A DNA stretch of 20,000 nucleotides from Chiloscyllium plagiosum (lineage: Eukaryota). How positions within the stretch are numbered: the stretch's first letter is position 1; each line of letters starts with the position of its first letter. The translations under genes and the position numbers were made by a program. Location: positions 7,848,391 through 7,868,390 of the forward strand of contig NC_057718.1 of NCBI RefSeq assembly GCF_004010195.1, in the 5' to 3' direction. The notes beneath the pieces are model-generated. The model was not told the DNA's origin. It ran no database searches and was given only the letters and a program-made list of their open reading frames with translations. This document shows positions 9,298 through 19,397 of this stretch, in pieces.

Positions 9298-9529
9298 TTG
9301 TAAATCCATTCTGTTCAACTGAGGAGCAGGAACAGAGGGTTCTTATGGTTTTGGGGGGTAGAGTGTTCATCCCTTAGTTAACTCCAGCTTTGGCTATTCC
9401 AACATATTTGTACCATCTTCCATCTTCAAAGCTCCATAAACCAGAGGCCAATGAAAACTCTGCTGCCCTGTACCTTAACTCCCATCAAGTCCTGCCCACC
9501 TATCCCTTCCACTCTTGCTGGCTCCCGGT

Positions 9530-10408
9530 AAGACTAAGAAACAGGAACAGGCTGTTTGGCTCCGTCAGCCTGCACCACGATTCAATTGGATCACAGCCTA
9601 TCTGACATTCCTCATGTTCCACTTTCCTGCCATTTCCCTGTAACCCTCAACTCCCCAACTGATCTAAAATCTATCTCCGCCTCAAATATACACAAAGACT
9701 CTGCCCCCACAGCTCTCTCTGTGGCAAGGAGTTCTAAAGACACTCAACCCTCTGAGAGAAGAAATTCCTCCTCATCTCAGTCTTAAATTGGTGCCTCTTC
9801 ATTCTGAGGCTGTACTGTCTGGTCCTAGACTCTCCCATGAGGGGAAACATCCTCTCAGCATTGACCCTGTTAAGCTCCTTAAGAATCTGATATGTTTCAA
9901 TGAGATCGCCTCTAATTCTTCTGAACACCAATGAGCAGAGTCCCAATCTGCTTAATGTTTGCTCATAAGACAATCTCTCCATACCAGGGATCAATGTAGT
10001 GAAGCATCTCTGAATTGTCTCCCATGAAATAATATCTTTCTTGAATAAGGGGACCAGAACTGCTCACAGTACGTCAGACATGGTTCAGTTGCAGTAAGAC
10101 TCTTATACTCCAACACTCCCTGAGATAAGGGCCAACCTTCCATTAGCCTTCCTGATTACCTGCTGTACCTGTGTGCTAGCGTTCTGTGTTCTGTACACTT
10201 GTGCAGGTGTTTAGTTTGTCTTGCAGCTTTCTGCAGTATTTCTTCATTTAAATAATATTCTGTTCTTTTGATCTCCTTTCCAAAATGAATAACTTCAAAT
10301 TTTCTCACATTATACTCCATTTGCCAATTTTTTGCCCACGTACTTATTCTACCAATATTTACATTCCTCTCACAAACTGCCTTTCCCATCTATTTTTGTG
10401 TCAGGCAA
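9530..10408 (-). mobile_element. CR1 LINE 3' portion
   Basis: Minus-strand peptides WAKNWQMEYNVRKFEVIHFG and MIPGMERLSYEQTLSRLGLCSLVFRRIRGDLIETYQILK...RRNFFSQRV. Confidence 0.92.
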
Positions 10409-10414
10409 TGTCTC

Positions 10415-11010
10415 AATTTTAAAATTCTCACCCTGTCAATCCCAGTATGGCTTTAATTGCTTCCCATCTTTAATGTCCAGTAGCCCCACAATCCTGAGAG
10501 ATCTCTGAATTCCTCCTTTCACACATTCATGGTTTTAATTGCTTTCCCATAGAATAGGATCATAGAATCCCCACACTGTGGAAGCAGGCCATTCAGCCCA
10601 TTGAGTCTATACTAACCCTCTGAAGAGCAACCCGCCCACCTTATCCTATCTCTGTAACCCTGCATATACCATGGCCAATCCACCTCGCCTACACATCCCT
10701 GGCCACAATGGAGTAATTTAGTCAATCCATCTAACCTGCCCACCAGAAACCGATGCACACATACGCCGCAAATGTGCAAACTCTACACAGGGCAGAATTG
10801 AACCCAAGGCCCTGGCACTGTGAGGCAGCAGTGCTAACCACTGATCCACTGTGCTGTTCATTGGTGATCCTGCCTCCAACCTTTGGAATTCCTACCCTAA
10901 CCCCATCCCCTCTTCTCTACCCCAACTAAGATGTTTCTCCCTCTCTGCCCAACCTTTGGTTTGGTTTATTCATGTGGCACATTTTGGGAGATTTTTATGT
11001 ATGTTCGTGA
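10415..11010 (+). mobile_element. Degenerate L2-type LINE 3' end, interrupted by a SINE
   Basis: ttttaaaattctcaccct (FKIL-like) and ctttggaattcctaccctaa (LWNSLP-like) remnants on either side of the SINE. Confidence 0.45.
10560..10853 (-). mobile_element. tRNA-derived SINE (HE1/V-SINE type)
   Basis: gaattgaaccc..ggcactgtgaggcagcagtgctaaccactga is the reversed A/B-box head. Tail tagaatccccacactgtggaa. Confidence 0.88.
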
Positions 11011-11132
11011 CACTGCAGAAAAATAGGTAGAGACTTGCATTTTTATAAAGCGCGCCAGTGATTTGAGGACCAAACGTAAGTAATTGTTGTCGTTGTTCTC
11101 ACTGCAGCAGACACGTTGGAGATGTGGGTGTT

Positions 11133-11245
11133 GGAATTTCCCGGAAAGCAACTGGAAAGAGCATGAGGAGAGCACGGAGTGAGAAAGGGCAAAGAGCGCC
11201 CTTGCAGGAGTGGGAAAGCTAGAGGAGAAATGATACAGCGATTGG
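11133..11245. promoter_or_regulatory. Candidate cis-regulatory cluster: overlapping NF-kB and STAT (GAS) sites plus RBPJ and CCAAT motifs
   Basis: GGAATTTCCC 11133-11142, TTCCCGGAA 11138-11146, GTGGGAA 11210-11216 and ATTGG 11241-11245, in non-repeat, CpG-containing sequence. Motif matches only. Confidence 0.35.
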
Positions 11246-12407
11246 AAAGGCCTGGGGGCAGAGGGAGGGGATGGGGGGAGGGGTTGCAGGGATATTTCAA
11301 GCCAAAGCAGCAACCCTAGTGACGCGGCTCGGGCAGGAGAAGCACCCAGCCCTTCCTCAACCTCCTCGCCACACTGCCAGGATGGACTTCAGTGCTCTGT
11401 GGATGGCATCTTAGAGAATGACATAGCAATACTATGTGCCCAGAATGGACAGGCATGACAAAGACTCTCTCCTCCATACTCCTCACGGCCAGAGCATGAC
11501 AATTAGACACGCGCTCTGAACATCTCCTGCAGAGCAAACCTCAGTACAGCACCCCAAATCAGGAAGGTGCCTTCATAGCACAATGTGAGGACCATAAATA
11601 CCATGTGGTTCAATGCTAGCATACGCCAAGGATGCAACACCACGTGGTGAGGAAACGAAGCCATGACATGCATCACGCCGAGCCATCAACCAGAGTCAAA
11701 TTTAGTCTGTACACTCTCATGCAAATCGCCTTGGGGAACTGCGCTAAGTTACAGGTCAATTATGTAAATTGTGACTTGGCTCTATATATCCTGAGCTTGC
11801 TTCTGGCCCAGGGGTTATGGCTTTCAAAAGAGGTAAATCTTTACTCAAGTCTTTTTAACTGGGTTATAAATATGAAACTGTATGTGTTTTTTGTCAGCAC
11901 AGTCTGGATGTAATGTAGTGTCACTGTTTGAATCCCAACATTCATATTATAATTGACCTCTGTTGTACTTTTGTGCAATTTCAGTGCACAGACACCCCAA
12001 AGGTCATGAAGCAGGATTCTTTATTCCACTGGCATTGGGTCTTTGCAAACATGAAGGGGAAGTAAGGTTAACAAAGTATTTGCATGGAATTAAGCCTGTT
12101 GTTCACATCTGGCTGAGCAAATCCTTTGACTGTCTCTCCCTCTCTCCATCAAGTCTCATTCCCCCAATGGCACCATTCCCTCAACAGAGGGTCTGCTTCA
12201 TGGCTTGAGATTCCCTCACTATCGCCACCTGCTGTTGGGGATCTGTGACCCAGCATAAAGAAAGGAGTTGCCATTCTCATCAATCCATCCTTACAGTTGG
12301 AATCCCAGTCTTGTTGCTTATTTCCAAAAAGATAGTATCTTGCCCTCCAATTAGGTTGTAGAGAAGGGGTCATTTTTAGTTTTTTTCCAATAGTTTTGCT
12401 TTTCCCC

Positions 12408-13035
12408 CATACATATACATGCACATGAACTGACAGACATACACATGCACGGAGACTCAAACACGCAAATGCACGCAACACCCACACACACAGGCATGCA
12501 AATAGACACACACATGCAATGCACAAACAGACACACACGCACACAGAACAGCATGCATACCGGATAGAACACACAGATGCATATACACAGACACACACAA
12601 GCATGCAGATACGCAGACCCACATGCACACAGATACACAGACACACACGCACACATATACACAGACACACACACGCAGGTACACAGACAAACACTGACAC
12701 GTATATACAGATACATGCAGACAGGTACACAGGCACACACAGATGCATATACACAGACACACACAAGCATGCAGATACGCAGACCCACATGCACACAGAT
12801 ACACAGACACACACCGACACATAGACACACGCACGCAGGTACACAGACAAACACCAACACATATGCACAGACACACGCAGGCAGGTACACAGACACACAC
12901 ACATGCATAGAAACAGATACATGCAGGCAGGTACACAGACACACACCGACACATATGCACAGACACACGCAGGCAGGTTCACAGACACATATACACAGAC
13001 ACACGCAGATACACATGCATATACACATGCACGTG
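12408..13035. repeat. Cryptic (CA)n-rich tract with an internal duplication
   Basis: acacagacac/gcag units. A block of about 75 nt at 12570 recurs at 12736 (offset 166). Confidence 0.92.
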
Positions 13036-13214
13036 GCTGGTTTCTGGTTGTTGTCCTCTCACTGAAGCCGAACTGAGGGTGGGGATATTGGTGAGAACTC
13101 CTGGGCAGAGGGTTTTATTTTCCTCATTCACCACTGGCCAAATATACCATACCATTCCACACTGTGCTCCCACCATAATCACACCTGTTGCTGCTTATCA
13201 AATTAATTAATGGT

Positions 13215-13910
13215 GAGGATATGACAGGAGTGTAAATTGTAGGTGCAAGTTTCATTGTATTGGTCTCATTCAGAAGAACCCACATGTTCCCTTTGAAGTC
13301 ATGCACCATCATGACTTGGAAATGTGTTCCTGTTCCTTTACTGTTGCGAGGTTAATATTCACCAGAAACTACACAGCCCAGTCCATTACAAAAACCAGCC
13401 TTCCATCCATTGATTCCATCTACACTTCCCACTGTTTGGGGATACAGCCAACATTATCAAAGACCCCTCCCACCCCAGTTAAACTCTCTTCCACCCTCTT
13501 CCATTGGGCAGAAGATACAAAAGTTTGAAAACACGTACCACCAGATTCAAGAACAGCTTCTTCCCCACTGTTATCAGACTTTTGAACCCCTCATATATCA
13601 GAGTTGATCTTTCTCTGTACCTGTAACACTATATTCTGCATTCTGTTTTATTACCCTGATGTACTTATTAAGGTAGGATCTGCCTGTTTAGCACACAAAA
13701 CAATATTTTTCACTGTATCTTGGGTTATGTGACATTGGTAAGTCAACTCAAATCCTGGAATTCCCTCCCTAAGGACATTGTGGGTTTACCTACAGCACAT
13801 GGACTGCAGCAGTTCACGAAGGCAGCTTAGCCCACCTTATCAAGGGGCAACTAGGTACGGGCAATAAATGCTGGGCCCAGCCAGTGGCATTCACATCCTC
13901 CGAATCAATC
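13215..13910 (+). mobile_element. L2/CR1-group LINE 3' end, interrupted by a Rex1-like fragment
   Basis: Same family as 2855-3500: caccatcatgacttggaaat...[insertion]...aatcctggaattccctccctaa...ggcaataaatgctgggcc. Confidence 0.75.
13360..13748 (+). mobile_element. Rex1/Babar-like LINE 3' end
   Basis: Frameshifted peptide LPSIDSIY...NIIKDPSHP..LFHPLPLGRRYKSLKTRTTRFKNSFFPTVIRLLN, the typical Rex1/Babar C-terminus. Confidence 0.8.
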
Positions 13911-14964
13911 AGTAGAAAGTAAGCAAAAACATGCCTTTCGATCAGTAAAGTGATTTTGAAATTAGAAAGATGCCATTTTGCGTTGAATGTTTGTGCTACT
14001 TCAATATAAACTGTGTGCGATCCTAATTAGTTGATAATGCCTCCAAGGGGAGTAGAGGGGAGTCTAACAGAAGTTGAACCCACTTAGGGGGCGAACCATA
14101 AAATGTTTCACAGCTTACAATTCAGGGAAAAGTGTATCATTTTCTGCAAAGCATTTTGGGACGTGTTATAATAGGCTGTATAAAAATGCAAGTCTTTCTG
14201 TGACTGTGAAGCAAAATCCTTAATGTCATTAGCTATGCTGTTGGGTGAGATACCTCTTCCCAAGAAGTGGCCTGGGTGGAACCTGGAACATTCTTAGTCA
14301 GTATGCCTGAGGTGTGGCATCAAATCCTCATTAGGGGCACACTCACTCCAACCCGACTGTTCAGATGGACTCATGCAATGGCCTGTCCATACGTTGCGAG
14401 GAAGTCAAAGGCATTATTTGTATCAATGGAAATATACAGCAACGCGTGTATTGGCCATACCCACCGTCCCAACACTGTCCATCACCCCACCTAGGGTGAC
14501 ATGCTTCCTAAACAGGTAGATATTGAGCTGGGAGGGGGTGCTGAGGGGGTTGGGGGGGGGGGGAGGGGATGGGGGAGGTGGGTACCACCCCCAAAGGCGT
14601 TGAGCACTAAACGGCCAGCTCCATGTCTTCAGTGGCAAGTGTCTGACTGAGAATCAAAGGGTTTTATATAGGGGCAGCTTTTCATTATTGAGTGGACATT
14701 TTCCAAGCTAAATACCACCACTAGATGCCACATCCCAAGTTATAGGGCAATTCAGTAGTGCTATGAAACCACTGTTTACAATGCAAACTTATCTTATTTG
14801 TACAAAGCCTTATTTTTTTCCCATTGTACTTGTTAATTATATTTGTAATTCCTGGATGAAATGGTGATTAAAGTATCTATGTAAACAAAGGGACTATTTA
14901 TTTATCGGATGTAGACACTCGATCAGGGCAAAGGTCTTTCTATGTCTTTGACTATTTCTTTCTG

Positions 14965-15715
14965 ATTCCCCAAGTGCTGCATTGCTGGACGTGCTGTTTG
15001 TTAGATCAGATGTTACACAGGAGCTGACTTAGACCTTGCAGGTATTTGCAAACAAATCACACAAATTGTTTCTGAAGGAGCTGGGAGAGAGTTTGCCTAA
15101 TAGTTAGTTGAATCAACTTGCTGGATTTCCTGAAGCACACCTCAAGGACAAATGGAGCTTGAACCTGGCCACTCTCACTCAGTGGGAAAGACGCAACAGC
15201 ATAAGACACTTTAGAGTGTGCCTTGTGTTCTCGCCAGTGCAGGTGGAAGCATTATTCAAAATGCTTAGGACCAGCTGTTTTTTGGAATTCAGAGCTTTTC
15301 AGTTTTCAGAATAAGTGACAGTTTATTGGTGAAATTTTTGAACATCTTACCGGAGGAGCAGGTAAGAACATGCTTGGCCACACCTTCCCACCCCAACGTT
15401 GCACCTGAGTGACACGCATCTCGAGGGTGTTGGCTTGGGTTAACTGTTTGCTCGTGAAACAACCTTCTTAATGAGAAGAAAAACACTTCACAAAAAGACC
15501 TTTGGATTTTGGAGCTTAACGGTTTTTGGATGTTTGAATAAAGAATCTTCTACCTGTATTAACTCTCGAACCAACACTGTGAGAGACAGAGATTGTTCAT
15601 CTCATTTACTTGCTGTGCACATATAATTAGAAACCAACAGTGGCTACACTTTATAACACATTTGCCAATGGTCATTTGCTGAGGATGTGAAAGTTGCTAT
15701 ATAAATGCAACTTCT
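14965..15715 (+). mobile_element. Old Deu-domain-like SINE remnant, split by a MITE
   Basis: Head aagtgctgcattgctggacgtgctgt..gatcagatgtta and tail ttgctgtgcac..acagtggctacactt..gaggatgtgaaagttgctatataaatgcaa. Confidence 0.5.
15240..15556. mobile_element. Tc1/mariner (Tigger/pogo-like) MITE
   Basis: Imperfect TIRs CAGGTGGAAGCATTATTCAAA and TTTGAATAAAGAATCTTCTACCTG. TA on the right side, TG on the left. Confidence 0.7.
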
Positions 15716-15944
15716 CCTTTCTTAATATCTTTAAAATTCTTTTACATTTGACCAGCAACTTCAAAAATAGATCGGTTCTTTAGAAGTCTCCCTGCATATG
15801 TTGAAGGCGCAATATGGAAAAAGGGATGAGAAATACAGAGACAATGTGACGAGACTTCCCACCTAGCAACTTGAACCTATAATCTGTTGACAAGAATTCC
15901 AACCCCTCCGATAGTAAAGAAATGGAATTTCAGTTAGTTCAGTG

Positions 15945-16125
15945 TAGAACAGTTACGGAAAGTTGCCACAGTCTCAGAGAACCATTCGTCTGCTTCCTCG
16001 TTAGACGACTGGTGGTGGGTTTAATCAGAGGGTCACCATACCTCAGGTGAGGGGCAAGGTGGACAATGGGGAATCTTCATGGTAACTTCAGCTGAAGCAG
16101 GAATTGAACCAGTGCTGTTGGTATT
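15945..16125 (-). mobile_element. Second tRNA-derived SINE family fragment
   Basis: Reversed B box GGAATTGAACC at about 16100-16110. The body is unrelated to the V-SINE copies. Confidence 0.5.
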
Positions 16126-16147
16126 GCTCTGCATTATGGATAATACA

Positions 16148-16326
16148 GAAAAATGAGTTGGTCTCAGCAATGCTGAGCATGGATGTAGCAATTTTGTGTT
16201 TAAAACCCATCTGGTATCATCATGCCTTTTGGGGAATGAAATCTGCCATTTTTACCTGGTCTGGCCTAACTCCAGACAAGTGTGGTCAGTTCTTGACTGC
16301 CCCCTAAAATGTTCTAACAAACCACT
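16148..16326 (+). mobile_element. SINE central-domain fragment
   Basis: aaaacccatctggt..atgccttttggggaatgaaatctgcc..ttacctggtctggccta..actccagac resembles a common elasmobranch SINE core. Confidence 0.55.
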
Positions 16327-16333
16327 TCCTTAT

Positions 16334-16648
16334 GGGGGTGGTGCGGTGGCTCAGTGTATAGCACTGCTACCTCACAGTGCCAGGGACCCGGGTTCAATTC
16401 CTGCCTTGGGCAACTGTCTGTGTGGAGTTTGCACATTCTCTCCATGTCTGCGTGGGTCCGGTCTGGTTTCCTCCTGCAGTCCAAAAGATGTGCAGGTTCA
16501 GTGAATTGACTGTGTTAAATTGCCCATAGTGTTAGGTAGATTAGTCAGGGGTAAATGTAGGGGAAGTGGTGTGGGTGGATTGCTCTTCAGAGGGTTGGTG
16601 TGGACTTGTTGGGCTGAAGAGCCTGTTTCCACACGTAGGGAATCTAAT
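16334..16648 (+). mobile_element. tRNA-derived SINE (HE1/V-SINE type), near full length
   Basis: ggtggctcagtg..agcactgctacctcacag..gggttcaattcc head, the V-domain and a CR1-like tail. Confidence 0.9.
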
Positions 16649-16894
16649 CATGGAGAGCCAATTTATTACCACCTGCCCAAAGACAGTCAAGGATGAACCA
16701 TAAATGACTTTGTCAGCAATATTGATGTTAGCAAAAATAATGGCCTTACAAGATGGAAGCAGTAATCTGGCAGAATACATTGCCTTCCTAATATGGAAGA
16801 CATCTAAGTTCCATATGTCATGCCTGAATACTTATAGAAATTTAAAAGAAAACAGACACAATGATTGGATTGATTGTCTTTCTCCAGTAACCTT

Positions 16895-18276
16895 TTGGAG
16901 GGGATCCTGAGGGACAGGATTTACATATATTTGGAAAGGCAAAAACTGACTAGGGATACAGGAAGTCCCTGGGTTATGAACGCTCAACTTACGAACATCT
17001 CGTACTTAGGGACCAACCTCTGGCTTCTCAGTTTTAGAAATTATTTTTAAAAATCCGAGTTACTTACGATGGTCCGTCCTAACGAATGGGCAGACTAATT
17101 AGCCCATATGTGTTGCGACTTACGCATAAATTTGACTCACAACCAATGAAGAAAATGGAACTCGTAACCTAGGACTTCCTGTAGTCAGCATGGCTTTGTG
17201 CTTGGGAAATCATGTCTCACTAACTTTATTGAGTTTTTTGAAGAAGTAATGAAGAGGATTGATGAGGGCAGAGCAGTGGATGTGATCTATATGGACTTCA
17301 GTAAGGCGTTCAACAAGGTTCCTCATGGGAAAGAAGTTAGCAAGATTAGATCTCATGGGATACAGGGAGAACTAGCCATTTGGATACAGAACTGGCTCAA
17401 AGGTAGAAGACAGAAGGTGGTGGTGGAGCGTTGTTTTTCAGACTGGAAACCTGTGACCAGTTGTGTGCCACAAGGATCAGTGCTGGGTTCACAGCTTTTC
17501 ATCATTTATGGAAATGGGTTGGATGTGAACATAAGAAGTACAGTTAGTAAGTTTGTAGGTGATGCCAAAATGTGTCGTGGGCAATGCAGAAGGTTACCTC
17601 AGATTAAAATGGGATCTTGATCAGATGGGCCAACGTGCTGAGGAGTGATAGATGGACTTTAATTTAGATAAATGCGAGGTGCTGCATTTTGGAAAGGCAA
17701 ATCAGGGCAGGACTTATACACTTAATGGTAAAGTCCTAGGGAGTGTTGCTGAACAAAGAGACCTTGGAGTGCAGGTTCATAGCTCCTTGAAAGTGGAGTC
17801 TCAGATAGACATGTTAATGAAGAAAATGTTTGGTATGCTTTCCTTTATTGGTCAGTACATTGAGTGTAGGAGTTCCGAAGTCATGTTGTAGCTGTACAGG
17901 ACATTGGTTAGGCCACTTTTGGAGTATTGCATGCAATTCTGGTCTCCCTGCTATAGGAGGGGTGTTGTGAAACTTAAAAGGGTTCAGAAAATATTTACAA
18001 GGGTATTGCCAGGGTTGAGGGTTTGAGGTATAGAGAGACGCTGAATAGGCTGGGGTTGTTTTCTCTGGAGCGTCGGAGGCTGAGGGGTGATAGAGGTTTA
18101 TAAAATAATGAAGGGCAATTACAACATTTAAAAGGCATTTGGATAGGAAGGCTTTAGGGGGATGTGGGCCACATGCTAGTAAATGGGACCAGGTTGGGTT
18201 GGGATTCCTGGTCAGCATGGTTGGGATGGACTGAAGGGTCTCTTTCGTGCTGTACATTTCTATGACTCTATGACTC
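16895..18276 (+). mobile_element. 5'-truncated CR1 LINE (RT domain to 3' tail), non-functional
   Basis: GKSCLTNFIEFFEEV, VDVIYMDFSKAFNKVPH, VPQGSVLG and FNLDKCEVLHFG motifs, with stops, frameshifts and a deletion near 18110. Tail CTATGACTCTATGACT. Confidence 0.95.
16959..17181. mobile_element. Tc1/mariner (Tigger-like) MITE, 223 bp, TA target-site duplication, nested in CR1
   Basis: TA|CAGGAAGTCCCTGGGTTATG ... CGTAACCTAGGACTTCCTG|TA. Removing it restores the CR1 sequence AGGGATAGTCAGCATGGC (RDSQHG). Confidence 0.9.
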
Positions 18277-18534
18277 AGTTGAGGGTTTGTTGGGGTAAGT
18301 AATGAGAAATTATTCTTTTCAGATGCCCTGAGTAATGGAGCTGTTGGTCAACATTAAAGCTTGGGTATTCAGGGGCAATATCAAGGACTTCCTCATACAA
18401 AGGAGAACGAAGGCTGTCACCTTCTATGCACTTTGAGAAGAGGTGAAAGGTGGACAATTGAACATTTCAGAGATGGGATTGATACGTTTTTGTTAGATCA
18501 GGGTGTGAAGAATTTTGAAACCAAAGTAGATGGA

Positions 18535-19395
18535 ATTAATATTGGATATTCCAGGGTTTAGATGTTTCAAAATCAATAGTGGGAAAGGTAAAAGAGGTGG
18601 AGAATTGGCATTGCTAATCAGGGATAGTATCACAGCTGCAGAAAAGGAGGTCGTCAAAGAGGGTTTGGTTACAGAAGCAGTACAGGTGGAAGTCAGAAAC
18701 AGGAAAGGAGCAGGCGCTTTATTGGGAGTTTTCTATAGCCCCCTCAATAGCAACAGAGACACTAAGGAGCAAATTGGGAAGCAGATTTTGGAAAGGTGCA
18801 CAGGTTTGTTGTCATGGGTGATGTTAACTTCCCCAATATTGATTGGAACCCCCTTCATTAAAATAGTTTGGATGGAGCAGTTTTTGTCAGGTGTGCCCAG
18901 GAAGGATTCCTGACTCAATACGTAGATAGGTCAACTAGCGTGGAGGCCATATTGGATTTGGTGTTTGGCAATGAACCAGACCAGATGTCAGATCTTTCGG
19001 TGGAAGAGCATTTCAGTGATAGTGATCACAACTCCCTGACCTTTACTACAGTCATGAAGAGGGAAAGGAGCAGACAGTATGAGAAAGTATTTAATTGGCG
19101 GGGAAGGGGGCTGAATTACAATGCTATTAGGCAGAAACTGGGATGCCTAAATTAGGAACTCGTTCTCAGGGAAATGCATAACAGAAATGTGGAGATTGTT
19201 TAGGGAGCACTTGCTGAGAGTGCTGGATTGATTTGTTCCACTGAGGCAAGGAAGGGATGGGGTGATGAAGGAACCTTGGGTGACAAGAGATGTGGAACAT
19301 CTAGTCCAGAGGAAGAAGGAAGCTTACTTAAGGTTGAGGAGGCAAGGATCAGAGAGGGCTCTAGAGGGTTACAAGGTAGCCAAGGAAGGAACATA
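18535..19395 (+). mobile_element. CR1 ORF2 endonuclease-domain fragment
   Basis: DIPGFRCF..KGKRGGELALLIRD, LLGVFYSPLNS and FLTQYVDRST..AILDLVFGNEP..EHFSDSDHNSLTF are APE endonuclease motifs. Frameshifted. Confidence 0.92.
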
Positions 19396-19397
19396 AA

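Noticed and set aside
11041..11050. TATA box (TATAAAG on +, TATAAAA on -)
   Set aside because: It lies in acttgcatttttataaagcgc, which resembles the reversed SINE/L2 tail also seen near 4681 and 14175-14192, so it is probably repeat-derived.
12149..13065. Cys/Val-rich and His/Thr-rich ORFs
   Set aside because: Translations of the CA/TG microsatellite.
17198..17891. Functional reverse transcriptase or a prokaryotic-type RT system
   Set aside because: An ordinary truncated CR1 ORF2 with stops, frameshifts and a mutated catalytic motif (FVGD). There is no CRISPR array or operon structure anywhere in the window.
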